Shown one piece after another: positions 50,217-59,300 of a stretch of DNA of 64,000 nt (the stretch's first letter is position 1; each line of letters begins with the position of its first letter). The translations under genes and the position numbers were made by a program. The stretch comes from an uncultured Chromatiales bacterium (lineage in GTDB: Bacteria; Bacteroidota; Ignavibacteria; SZUA-365), in contig CAZWNO010000004.1 of assembly GCA_964635845.1 (NCBI GenBank), positions 821 through 64,820 of the forward strand, written 5' to 3'. The notes beneath the pieces were generated by a model, which worked only from the letters and a program-made list of their open reading frames with translations, searched no databases and was not told where the DNA came from.

Positions 50217-50930
50217 ATGCGGTTCCAGACCGCCCGAACGCCGCGGCGCGGAGGTCTTGCGATCCTGATGTCCCTGCTTCTGCTGATCTCGACGAATGCG
50301 GGCGCGCAGACGGTGTCCCATCCGGCGGCCGAGATCACGACGGCGGCGAAGCATTACACCTATGTGCACATGCTCTCCGCGACAGAGAAAAAGGATATCG
50401 AATACATCATTGTCCGCGCCTCGGACGGTGAGATCAAGACGGTCTTCAACGCCTGCGACGTCTGCTACCTTGCGGACAAAGGGTATTCGCAAAGCGGCAG
50501 CGATCTCCGCTGCAACAATTGCGGCAACCGGTTCGCCATCGACACGCTCGGCGGGAAGAACACGGCCGGCACCTGCCACCCCGGCTACCTGCCGCACCGC
50601 ATCGAGGGCGATCAGGTCGTGATCGACGTCGCCGACCTCATTGTCGGCGCCTATTATTTCAAGACGCAGACCGTGACCGGCATCGGTGTGCGGGAGGAGG
50701 CTCCGGCCGCATTTTCCATCCTGCAGAATCGGCAGGAACTGACGGTAATCCTGCCCGGCAGCGGGCACCGCGAGTTCCGCATCTTTTCGATCAACGGACA
50801 GCTCCGCAGATCCTTCACCGACGCATCCCGCGTCGTGAGGATTCCCCTGCAGGGCATGATCCCGGGTGCGTATGTGCTCGCCGTCGTCGATGCGGCGACG
50901 ATGAATTCGAAAGTGTTTCTGGTCCATTGA
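50217..50930 (+). CDS. Secreted Cys-rich protein resembling the FtrD/DUF2318 metal-binding domain, with a T9SS C-terminal domain
   Basis: Signal peptide. NACDVCYLADKGYSQSGSDLRCNNCGNRFAIDTLGGKNTAGTCHPGYLP is a CxxC..CxxC..C pattern. C-terminal FRIFSINGQL..GAYVLAVVD..KVFLVH has the T9SS tail pattern. Confidence 0.5.
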   Translation: MRFQTARTPRRGGLAILMSLLLLISTNAGAQTVSHPAAEITTAAKHYTYVHMLSATEKKDIEYIIVRASDGEIKTVFNACDVCYLADKGYSQSGSDLRCNNCGNRFAIDTLGGKNTAGTCHPGYLPHRIEGDQVVIDVADLIVGAYYFKTQTVTGIGVREEAPAAFSILQNRQELTVILPGSGHREFRIFSINGQLRRSFTDASRVVRIPLQGMIPGAYVLAVVDAATMNSKVFLVH

Positions 50931-50965
50931 CACATTCACCGCAGTCCCCATTCACGCGAGGCAAT

Positions 50966-51601
50966 ATGAAATCGCAATTGCTCCTCCTTTCCTCTTTATT
51001 TCTAATCCTTCTCGGCTGCTCCGAGGAAAGCACGAATCCGAATACCGACGCCGAGACGAGTGTCCCGGAAATCCGGAGCCTGACTGCGGAGAAGACGCAG
51101 ATCCTCTATGGCGGACAGGACCCGGCGGTCATCACCTGCGATGCGACAGGCGGCAACCTGACCTATGTATGGGAAGTCGATCTCGGCGACATCATCCCGA
51201 TGAATGCCTCCCGCTCGAAAGTGAGCTTCAACGGCAGCGCCTGCTGTGTGGGGGAGAAAGTGATCACCTGCACTGTGTCGAATGCGAAGGGCAGCGCGTC
51301 CAGGTCCATCGTCATCACCATTCTCGAGGTCGTCAATCCGCCCGAGATCATCGCACTCGAGGCCGACAGGACGGAAATCCATGAAGGGGAGGCCGCTTCC
51401 CTCGTCTGCTACGCGATCGGGGGGAACCTGAAGTACGCGTGGGCGAGCGACTGCGGCGCGCTGACCATCGATGCGAACGACAACTCGAAGGCGACGATGG
51501 CCGCCACGGCGGAATGCAGGGGAACGCGCACGGTCACCTGCACCGTCTCCAATGAAAAGGGGACGGACGTGAAGACGATGCAGATCTCGATTGCGGATTG
51601 A
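50966..51601 (+). CDS. Lipoprotein with two Ig-like ~70-aa repeats
   Basis: Lipobox LILLGC|SEE. Internal duplication ..GGNLTYVWEVD..CTVSNAKGSASRSIVITI / ..GGNLKYAWASD..CTVSNEKGTDVKTMQISI. Confidence 0.55.
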   Translation: MKSQLLLLSSLFLILLGCSEESTNPNTDAETSVPEIRSLTAEKTQILYGGQDPAVITCDATGGNLTYVWEVDLGDIIPMNASRSKVSFNGSACCVGEKVITCTVSNAKGSASRSIVITILEVVNPPEIIALEADRTEIHEGEAASLVCYAIGGNLKYAWASDCGALTIDANDNSKATMAATAECRGTRTVTCTVSNEKGTDVKTMQISIAD

Positions 51602-51623
51602 TCGAATAAAGGAGCGCCCTATC

Positions 51624-52961
51624 ATGAAACTGCCGGTACTGCTCCTGGGCATGCTCGTGCTCAACGGGCTCCGCTGCGAGACGCACGCACAGTGCTGCAC
51701 GGCGGGGAATCCCGTGAACACGAACTGCACGCTGACCACGGACGGTGCGCATCTGCTCAACGTCTCCTGGTCGTATATGTACTCCCAGTCCAACGCCTAC
51801 TACCGCGGCACGCAGCGGCTCGACAGGGAGTACGCCGAGAGCCGCTACGACTACGCCTCGCTGGCGCTCTCCTATGCGGTCTCGGACAGGCTGAGACTCA
51901 CAGCGGATCTCGGGTACTATTTCGACAAGTCGCAGCGGTTCGTCCAGAGTGATTACACGCGATATGCACAGGGGATTTCGGATGCGACCTTCGGCATCGG
52001 GTATGGTACCTATTCCACCGATGACGGGCTTTTCGAACTCGTGCAGACCGCGCGCGTGACCATTCCCGTCGGAAAATTCGATCAGGAGTATGACGGCGTC
52101 GTGCTGCCCATCGATTTTCAGCCGTCCTCGGGCAATTACCGGTATAGCCTCGGACTGATTCTGAGCAAGCGATTCGAGGACAGCGATTTCGCGCTCATGT
52201 CCTTCAACTCCGTCGAGTTCTCGCAGGCGATCGAGACACGGAATACCTATCATAAATACGGCAACCTCTATCTCGCGTCCGTCATGGGGACATATCGCAT
52301 CACGCCTACGCTCCTTGCATTGCTTCAGCTGCGCTGGGAAATGCGCGACAGGGCGCTGAACGGAACGACCGGTATCGGAGCAGCGTCGACGAATCAATAC
52401 TCCTTCCTGAACTCCTCCGGAGGGGTCATCGCCTATGTCGCCCCGCAGGCGGCGGTCAATCTCTTCAATGACTGGCAGTTCTCCATCCAGTACAACTATC
52501 CGATCTACAGGAATATCTACGGCGAGGAACAGCTGACCAACCGGCATTCCGTGACACTCGGCCTCTCGCGCGTCATCGATCTCGGAGGGAGCGGCGGCGC
52601 TGGTGAGATGGAAGGCACGGGTGCGATGGAAAGCGCGGGTGCGATGGAAGGCACGGGTGCGATGGAAGGCACGGGTGCGATGGAAGGCGCGGGCGGCGCG
52701 CTGCACTCCGCCACCGTCCATGTCCGCGGGAACTGCGATATGTGCAAGGATCGGATCGAATCCGTCGCCGGAGCGCAGGCGTATGTCCACACGGCGAAGT
52801 GGGAGTCCGCCACCGAGACGCTCACGCTGTACTACGAGGAACACCTCCCCGACATCGACGGGATAGAAAAGGCGCTCGCCGAATCGGGTCATGACACTGA
52901 TTCCCATACGGCTCCCGACGATGTATATAATCATCTCCCGGAGTGCTGCCAGTACCGCTGA
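51624..52961 (+). CDS. Outer-membrane beta-barrel protein fused to a Met-rich hexapeptide repeat and a C-terminal HMA-like (CxxC) metal-binding domain
   Basis: Signal peptide. Alternating amphipathic strands ending ..VTLGLSRVI. (AMEGTG)x5 repeat. TVHVRGNCDMCKDRIE..GHD has the HMA betaalphabetabetaalphabeta layout with a CDMC motif. GGAG RBS. Confidence 0.55.
   Translation: MKLPVLLLGMLVLNGLRCETHAQCCTAGNPVNTNCTLTTDGAHLLNVSWSYMYSQSNAYYRGTQRLDREYAESRYDYASLALSYAVSDRLRLTADLGYYFDKSQRFVQSDYTRYAQGISDATFGIGYGTYSTDDGLFELVQTARVTIPVGKFDQEYDGVVLPIDFQPSSGNYRYSLGLILSKRFEDSDFALMSFNSVEFSQAIETRNTYHKYGNLYLASVMGTYRITPTLLALLQLRWEMRDRALNGTTGIGAASTNQYSFLNSSGGVIAYVAPQAAVNLFNDWQFSIQYNYPIYRNIYGEEQLTNRHSVTLGLSRVIDLGGSGGAGEMEGTGAMESAGAMEGTGAMEGTGAMEGAGGALHSATVHVRGNCDMCKDRIESVAGAQAYVHTAKWESATETLTLYYEEHLPDIDGIEKALAESGHDTDSHTAPDDVYNHLPECCQYR
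52603..52700. repeat. Coding tandem repeat, 18-bp unit ggtgcgatggaaggcacg, about 5 copies (Met-rich AMEGTG)
   Basis: Direct reading. Lies inside CDS 51624..52961. Confidence 0.85.
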
Positions 52962-53156
52962 TCCCATCCACCTCCGGATTTCCCGACCTGCTATTCACCT
53001 ACCTGATGTGATTGTAAACACATATCGCGCGGTCGGAGAGAGCCGCAAATATCATGCGGACCTGTTGTAAAAAAAGCGCGATCTGCATATACTATATCAT
53101 CAACTATCCCGCATCAGACGGGTGACCGTCGTTCACATACATGAAAGGATCAATCC

Positions 53157-53909
53157 ATGTACAGATTCCCCGTGCTTCTTGTCGGAGCACTGTTCGCGCT
53201 GTTTGTCATCACCGCCTGCGACGAGGACGATCCCGCCCAGCCCGCACAGCCAGTCACGCACGACGGACAGAGTGTCGCACTGGGACAGGGTCAGGTCACG
53301 GCCTACGAACGTGTCGCAGCGGACGGTACGCTGCTCGCCGTCGGCGTCCGTTTCAGTGAAGGCGCATTGAACGAACTGCCGGATACCGATACCCCGGTGT
53401 CCCTCACGCTCCCGAAGAAGGCGGCGAATTCGCCGTATCAGAGCGCCAGTTTCGACTGGAATCCTCACGGGCATTTTCCCACGCCGATCTACGGACTGGC
53501 GCATTTCGACGTCCATTTCTACGTGGTCGATGAACAGGCGCGCGCCGCGGTCGTACCCGGACCGGATCTTGTTCCGCCCGCAGCCCAGTACATGCCGCAG
53601 GACTACATGTCCGCCGTCGATGCCGTCCCGAACATGGGCACGCATTACATAGACAGCACCGCGGCGGAACTTCACGGCGCCGCGTTCGACAAGACCTTCA
53701 TCTACGGTTTCTATCAAGGAGACCTGTATTTCTTCGAACCGATGATCACGAAGGCGTTCTTCGAAACGAAGCCGAATGTCACCGTCGATATCAAGCAGCC
53801 CGCCGCGTTCAAGGTCACGGGCAAGGCATATCCGAAAAAATACACGGTGAGTTATGACTCCGCGCGCAAGGAATACTCCGTCGAACTGACGGACATGCAG
53901 CTGCGCTGA
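53157..53909 (+). CDS. Hypothetical lipoprotein
   Basis: Lipobox FVITAC|DEDD. His-containing segment NPHGHFP..HFDVHFY. Probable sigma70 promoter ttgtaa-17-tatact at about 53065..53095. Confidence 0.5.
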   Translation: MYRFPVLLVGALFALFVITACDEDDPAQPAQPVTHDGQSVALGQGQVTAYERVAADGTLLAVGVRFSEGALNELPDTDTPVSLTLPKKAANSPYQSASFDWNPHGHFPTPIYGLAHFDVHFYVVDEQARAAVVPGPDLVPPAAQYMPQDYMSAVDAVPNMGTHYIDSTAAELHGAAFDKTFIYGFYQGDLYFFEPMITKAFFETKPNVTVDIKQPAAFKVTGKAYPKKYTVSYDSARKEYSVELTDMQLR

Positions 53910-54065
53910 GCCGCAAAATCATCGACAACCTTCGGGCGGAGGCGTGCGTTGTGCGCGCCTCTGCCCGTTACGTATTGCATTCCGCCGATGCGTCGTGTGC
54001 GGCGGTCATCGACGTGGACTTGAATCACACGCACTTTCTGCCGAGATTGGACACATACGCATCAC

Positions 54066-55826
54066 ATGCGCGGAGCTGGCGTGGAGATTCCGGCGTTGAC
54101 AGAGAAGCTGGCGGTCCGGATATTCAAGGGATTCGAGACCTACCTCGTGCGTTTCCGCGCCGTGACGAGGAGGGCCAGGAAGCGTTTCGAGACGATGGAC
54201 TGGCGGCGCGGTCGGCAGGACGCGATCGATCGGCTGGGGATTTACGATGATTGCATCGCGGAAGCAACACGAGCCCTCCATGTCATGCTCGACGGGATTC
54301 CTGATCCTGAAGCCGACTGGCCGCTGGTGAAGCAGGCGTATTCCGATCGCGTGGGGGACCGCTGTGACAGGGATATCGCGGAGACCTTCTTCAATTCCGT
54401 GACGCGCAAGGTCTTCAATACCACGGGTATCGACCGGACGACGGAGTTCATCCGCCTCGATCCCCCGGAGCAGCTGACGGCATTCTGTACCGACCTGTTC
54501 ACGAAATATGAAGGGCAGACCGACGCGACGATACTGATCTGGCTGGTCCTGTCACAGCATGCGTTCCGCATCCCCTACGCCAATCTCGCGCGCGACATCA
54601 CGCGGGTGGCGAACGAGATCAACCTGTTTCTCTGGCCTCTGACGAGAAAGCATGCGGAGTACACGGCGGAAATCCTCAACCACGTGTTCTTCAGGAACAA
54701 GGTCGCCTATATCATCGGACGCATGCAGATCGATGCACATACCGTACCGCTCATCCTTCCGATGTACAACAGCGAGGATGGCATCTATATCGACGCGGTG
54801 CTGCTGACGCGCGCCGACGTCAATAATATCTTCGGTTTCGCGTATTCGTATTTCCATGTCGAGACGGACGCGCCGAACGATCTGGTGCATTTCCTGCAGT
54901 CGATGCTTCCCGGGAAACCGATTTCCGAGATATACAACTCCATCGGATACAACAAGCACGGGAAGACCGAATTCTACAGGGATCTGCACCGCCACGTGCA
55001 CATCGAAAACGAGAAATTCGTGCTCGCACCCGGACTGGAAGGCGCGGTGATGATCGTGTACACGCAGCCCCATTATCCGTACGTGTTCAAGGTGATCAAG
55101 GACAGGCCGTGCTTCCTCCGCTCGACGCGGCTCACGAACAAATCGATCACCGCCGATCAGGTGAAGGCTCGGTACCGTTTCGTCAGCAGCCGCGACCGCG
55201 TCGGCCGCCTCGTGGACACGCAGGAGTTCGAGAGCATCCGCTTCCGGCTGGAGCGGTACGACGACGAAGTCGTGAACGAATTCGCGCTGGCCGCCCGTGA
55301 AACGGTACGGGTGGTGGACGGGTACCTCATCATCGACCACTGCTACATCCAGAGGAAAGTCGTCCCCCTGCCGATCTTCCTGGAAACGGAGACTTCGCCG
55401 GAACATATACGCCAGATACTGCTGGATTTCGGGTATTTCATCAAGGACCTCGCCGGGACGGGACTCTTTCCGGTGGACCTGTTCAACAAATGGAATTACG
55501 GTGTCGGCGAACGGAGCAGGGTGGTGCTCTACGACTATGACGACATCATGCCGCTCGAGAGCGTCAGTTTCCATGTCAAGCCGAAGCCGCGCGACGAGTA
55601 TGAGGAATACCAGTCCGATGAGGATCGCATCACCGCTGATGAAAATGATTTTTTCATGGACGAGATCGAGACCTGGCTCGGGATCCCGACACCGCTCAAG
55701 GGGATCTTCGACGCGGTGCACCGCGACCTGTATACGAAAGAATTCTGGGAGCGTACACAGCGGAGCGTCCGCCGCGGGGAGGTCGTCGATATCTTCCCCT
55801 ACGACCGCGGCAAACGCTTCAGCTGA
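54066..55826 (+). CDS. aceK: Isocitrate dehydrogenase kinase/phosphatase
   Basis: Collinear with E. coli AceK: RFETMDW, DIAETFFNSV, TEFYRD, VFKVIKDR, DRVGRLVDTQEF, YIQRKVVPLPIFLE, VVLYDYDDI, C-terminal GKRFS. Confidence 0.85.
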   Translation: MRGAGVEIPALTEKLAVRIFKGFETYLVRFRAVTRRARKRFETMDWRRGRQDAIDRLGIYDDCIAEATRALHVMLDGIPDPEADWPLVKQAYSDRVGDRCDRDIAETFFNSVTRKVFNTTGIDRTTEFIRLDPPEQLTAFCTDLFTKYEGQTDATILIWLVLSQHAFRIPYANLARDITRVANEINLFLWPLTRKHAEYTAEILNHVFFRNKVAYIIGRMQIDAHTVPLILPMYNSEDGIYIDAVLLTRADVNNIFGFAYSYFHVETDAPNDLVHFLQSMLPGKPISEIYNSIGYNKHGKTEFYRDLHRHVHIENEKFVLAPGLEGAVMIVYTQPHYPYVFKVIKDRPCFLRSTRLTNKSITADQVKARYRFVSSRDRVGRLVDTQEFESIRFRLERYDDEVVNEFALAARETVRVVDGYLIIDHCYIQRKVVPLPIFLETETSPEHIRQILLDFGYFIKDLAGTGLFPVDLFNKWNYGVGERSRVVLYDYDDIMPLESVSFHVKPKPRDEYEEYQSDEDRITADENDFFMDEIETWLGIPTPLKGIFDAVHRDLYTKEFWERTQRSVRRGEVVDIFPYDRGKRFS

Positions 55827-55936
55827 CCGCCGGTCGCGATCACCCGCCATGGGAGGAAATACGATGACGCCCAGATGAAAAACCTCCCTGACGAGTATTA
55901 GGAATCACCCGGAAAATTTCCCGTCCGGCACCACAT

Positions 55937-55964
55937 CCCCGCAATAGCGGGGATATTTTTTTTC
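55937..55964 (+). terminator. Rho-independent terminator after aceK
   Basis: Hairpin ccccgc-aata-gcgggg followed by atatttttttt. Confidence 0.75.
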
Positions 55965-56310
55965 TGGCCCTATTGACTTTTGCATGTCGTATACGGATAT
56001 TTTGGAGCAACAATATCCGTTAGCCTTAAACAGAAGAGTCATGTTACACGTCGCGTGTATCGCGAGACGCTTCTGCTTCTCCGGGTAGTTTCGAGCAGGA
56101 TAGCCGTTCCTGATCATGGTCCCCGAATGCGGGGGAGGACGGCACGTCTCAGATGTCTGCTCAAGAGGTCTGTTTCTATCCGGAATATGAACATCCAATC
56201 AATGCACTTCGGCGCATACGTGAATGCAATGCGTCGTGTGAGGGGCCATGCTGTCATGGCCCCGGAAATGGAACTTCAACTATCCATCCAATCAGAGTCG
56301 AGGACACAGT

Positions 56311-59300
56311 ATGAGACGATGTACGACGCCATGGGGACTGTTGCTGATGCTGATCAGCCTGTCAGTCCCCATTCACGCACAGACCGGCTGGGGCGTGGAC
56401 AGATACGAGGGCTTCAAGGCCGACACGGCCGGCAATGGGACCCTCAGCTATTCATGGTCCACGGGCAATCTCGGCAATACCTGGAACGAGGGGGAGTGGG
56501 TCCCATACATGCTGACGTTGAAGAACGTCAACATCAACAACCCCGCATTCAGCGACATCACGGTCTGCTATGACTTCACCCGTGGCAATCTCGACGCCCG
56601 ATTCATCGATCTTGTGCGCAGCGTCCAGATCGGCACGGTCGTGCGGAGCAACAGCCAGGGCTGGCCGATGGACTCCTCCGGTGCGGCATATCCCATGACC
56701 ACGAGAGCCGAGCTGGAAACCGCCCAGAATTCACAGGGACTCACCCAGTGGGGCACGGAGTACTTCTGGGCAGGATATGAACTTCTTCACCCGGATACAT
56801 CGCGAACAAACAGGTCCACGACGGGAGGGATCGGCGCGCCCGACGATGCGACGCGCTGCTTCACGATCACCCGGCAGGATATCATCGACGCGTATGGCGG
56901 AATCAACAATGTGCCGAACACGAGCACATTCTATATTTATTTCCAGCTGCATGAAGCGCAGACCTTCGTCTGGAACAACACACTTCAGTCGCAGCTGAAC
57001 CAGTTTCCGACCGACCAGTGGGGAGGCTACCTCTATGGAATCGCGCCGTTCAGCACCGACCAGCGACAGGGTTCAGGATTCGTTTCCGGCGCCTCGGGAC
57101 ACACCTACCTGACGCTCGGGAACAAGACAGTCCCCATCCCGATTCCGCCACAGCCCGCGGGACAGCTTTCCGGTCTGAAGTGGCATGACATCAACGGAAA
57201 TCAGGTACAGGATGGCAGTGAAACCGTACTCGACGGCTGGCCGATTTACATCTCGACCATCATCGGCAACCTGCCGATTTCCGACACCGTTCTCACGAAC
57301 GGCGCGGGATCGTGGACGATCACGGGGCTCCCGCAGGCACTCTACCTGGTCAGCGAGGAACTCGGGAACGCACCGACCACGGGAGCCTCGGCGGGGTATA
57401 CGAATGCCGCGCCCGCGTTCGCCCAGAATCCCCCTTCGGAATGGGTACAGACCTATCCCGATGCCAATTCGATAGGTGCGAACATCGATGGAGTTCCTAC
57501 CACCCCGGCGGGAATTCTGCTCGGCCAGGGGCCGTTCTCCTGGGAAGTCGATCTCACGAATTCCGTCACGGCCGGATTGATCGATTTCGGGAATCATGTG
57601 CCGGCTCCAGTCTGCGCCGTGTTTCCCGCGGATACGACCATCTGCGACGAATCGCAGGTGACGCTCACCGCGCAGCGGATCGCACAGGGCACGCCGCCCT
57701 ACAGCTATCTCTGGTCGGGACCCAACAGTTTCAGCGCCACCACACAGAGTATCGTCGTCCCGGCTTCCGCCGCGGGCACATATACTGTCGTGCTCACCGA
57801 TGCCAACGGACTCAGCTCCACCGGATGTTCCGGAACGGTGAACGTCTTCCCGATTCCGGATTTCGAAATCGCGGGAGACAGCGTCGTCTGCGCGCTCACG
57901 TCGTCGCACACATACCGGGCATCGTTCGATCCGAACTCTCCGGTTCCCATCGATTCCATTGTTTCCTGGCAGTGGGCGATCAGCGGAAACGGCACGATTA
58001 CTTCGGGTACGACCGATGATTCGGTGACGGTGAGTTCCACTGGCGCCGGATCCTTCATACTGACCCTGACCGTCGTCGATGTCTACGGCTGCTCGGAGAC
58101 AGTGACACGGACGATCACCGTGCAGGCGAATCCGGTCTGCTCGATCACTCCGGTCGGCGATGTCTGTCCGGGTTCGACCGGCAATGTCTTCAGCGGTCCC
58201 GCCGGAGCGTACACCTATCTCTGGGGTATCAGCGGCAACGGCAGCATCAATGGCAGCATCAATAATCCGACCGTCAGCGTGGATGCCGGCGTCGCCCTCG
58301 GCTCCTTCACCCTCACGCTGACCATCACGGAGACGAGCTTCCCCTTCTGTACCAGCACCTGTTCGCTGCTGGTCGAGGTCCGGGACATCACCCCTCCCGT
58401 CATCAGCTGCGCGGTGGACACGACCATCGAATGTCCCGTCCCGGCGACGCTTCCCTTCACGACGCCCACGGCGACGGACAATTGTGATCCGAATCCGGGA
58501 GTCGTGATCAGCAACACGGTGGTCACTCCCGGTCAGTGTCCAAGCGAGTACAGCGTGAGCCGCACCTGGGTCGCGACCGATGTGTACGGCAACAAGGACA
58601 GCTGCTCGCAGACGATCCACGTCATCGACACCACGGCGCCCACCGTCACTCCCGCATCCGATCTGATCGTCGAATGCGACGGCGCAGGCAACACGGCAGC
58701 CCTCAACGGCTGGCTCGCCAACCATGGCGGCGCCACGGCAGCCGATGCCTGCGGACAGGTGACCTGGAGCGATAACTTCACGGGGCTCTCGGATCTCTGC
58801 GGAGCCACCGGAAGCGCGACCGTGACGTTCTACGCCACGGACGACTGTGGCAACGTGGACTCGACCACGGCCACATTCCGCATTATCGATACGACTCCGC
58901 CCGTGGTGACTGCCGCCTCCGACACGACAGTCGAATGCGACGGCTCGGGCAACACGACGGAACTCAACAATTGGCTCACCAGCCATGGCGGAGCAACGGC
59001 CTCCGACGTGTGCGGATCCGTGACCTGGAGCAACAACTTCACCACGCTTTCGGACCTCTGCGGAGCCACCGGCAGTGCGACGGTGACCTTCTACGCAACC
59101 GACGACTGTGGAAATGTCGATTCGACATCCGCGACGTTCACGATCATCGATACGACTCCGCCCCTGGTGACCGCCGCCTCCGACACGACAGTCGAGTGCG
59201 ACGGCGCAGGCAACACGGCGGCCCTCAACAGCTGGCTCGCGAACCATGGCGGCGCAACCGCCACGGATGCGTGCTCCGGCGTCGTGTGGACCAACAGCTA

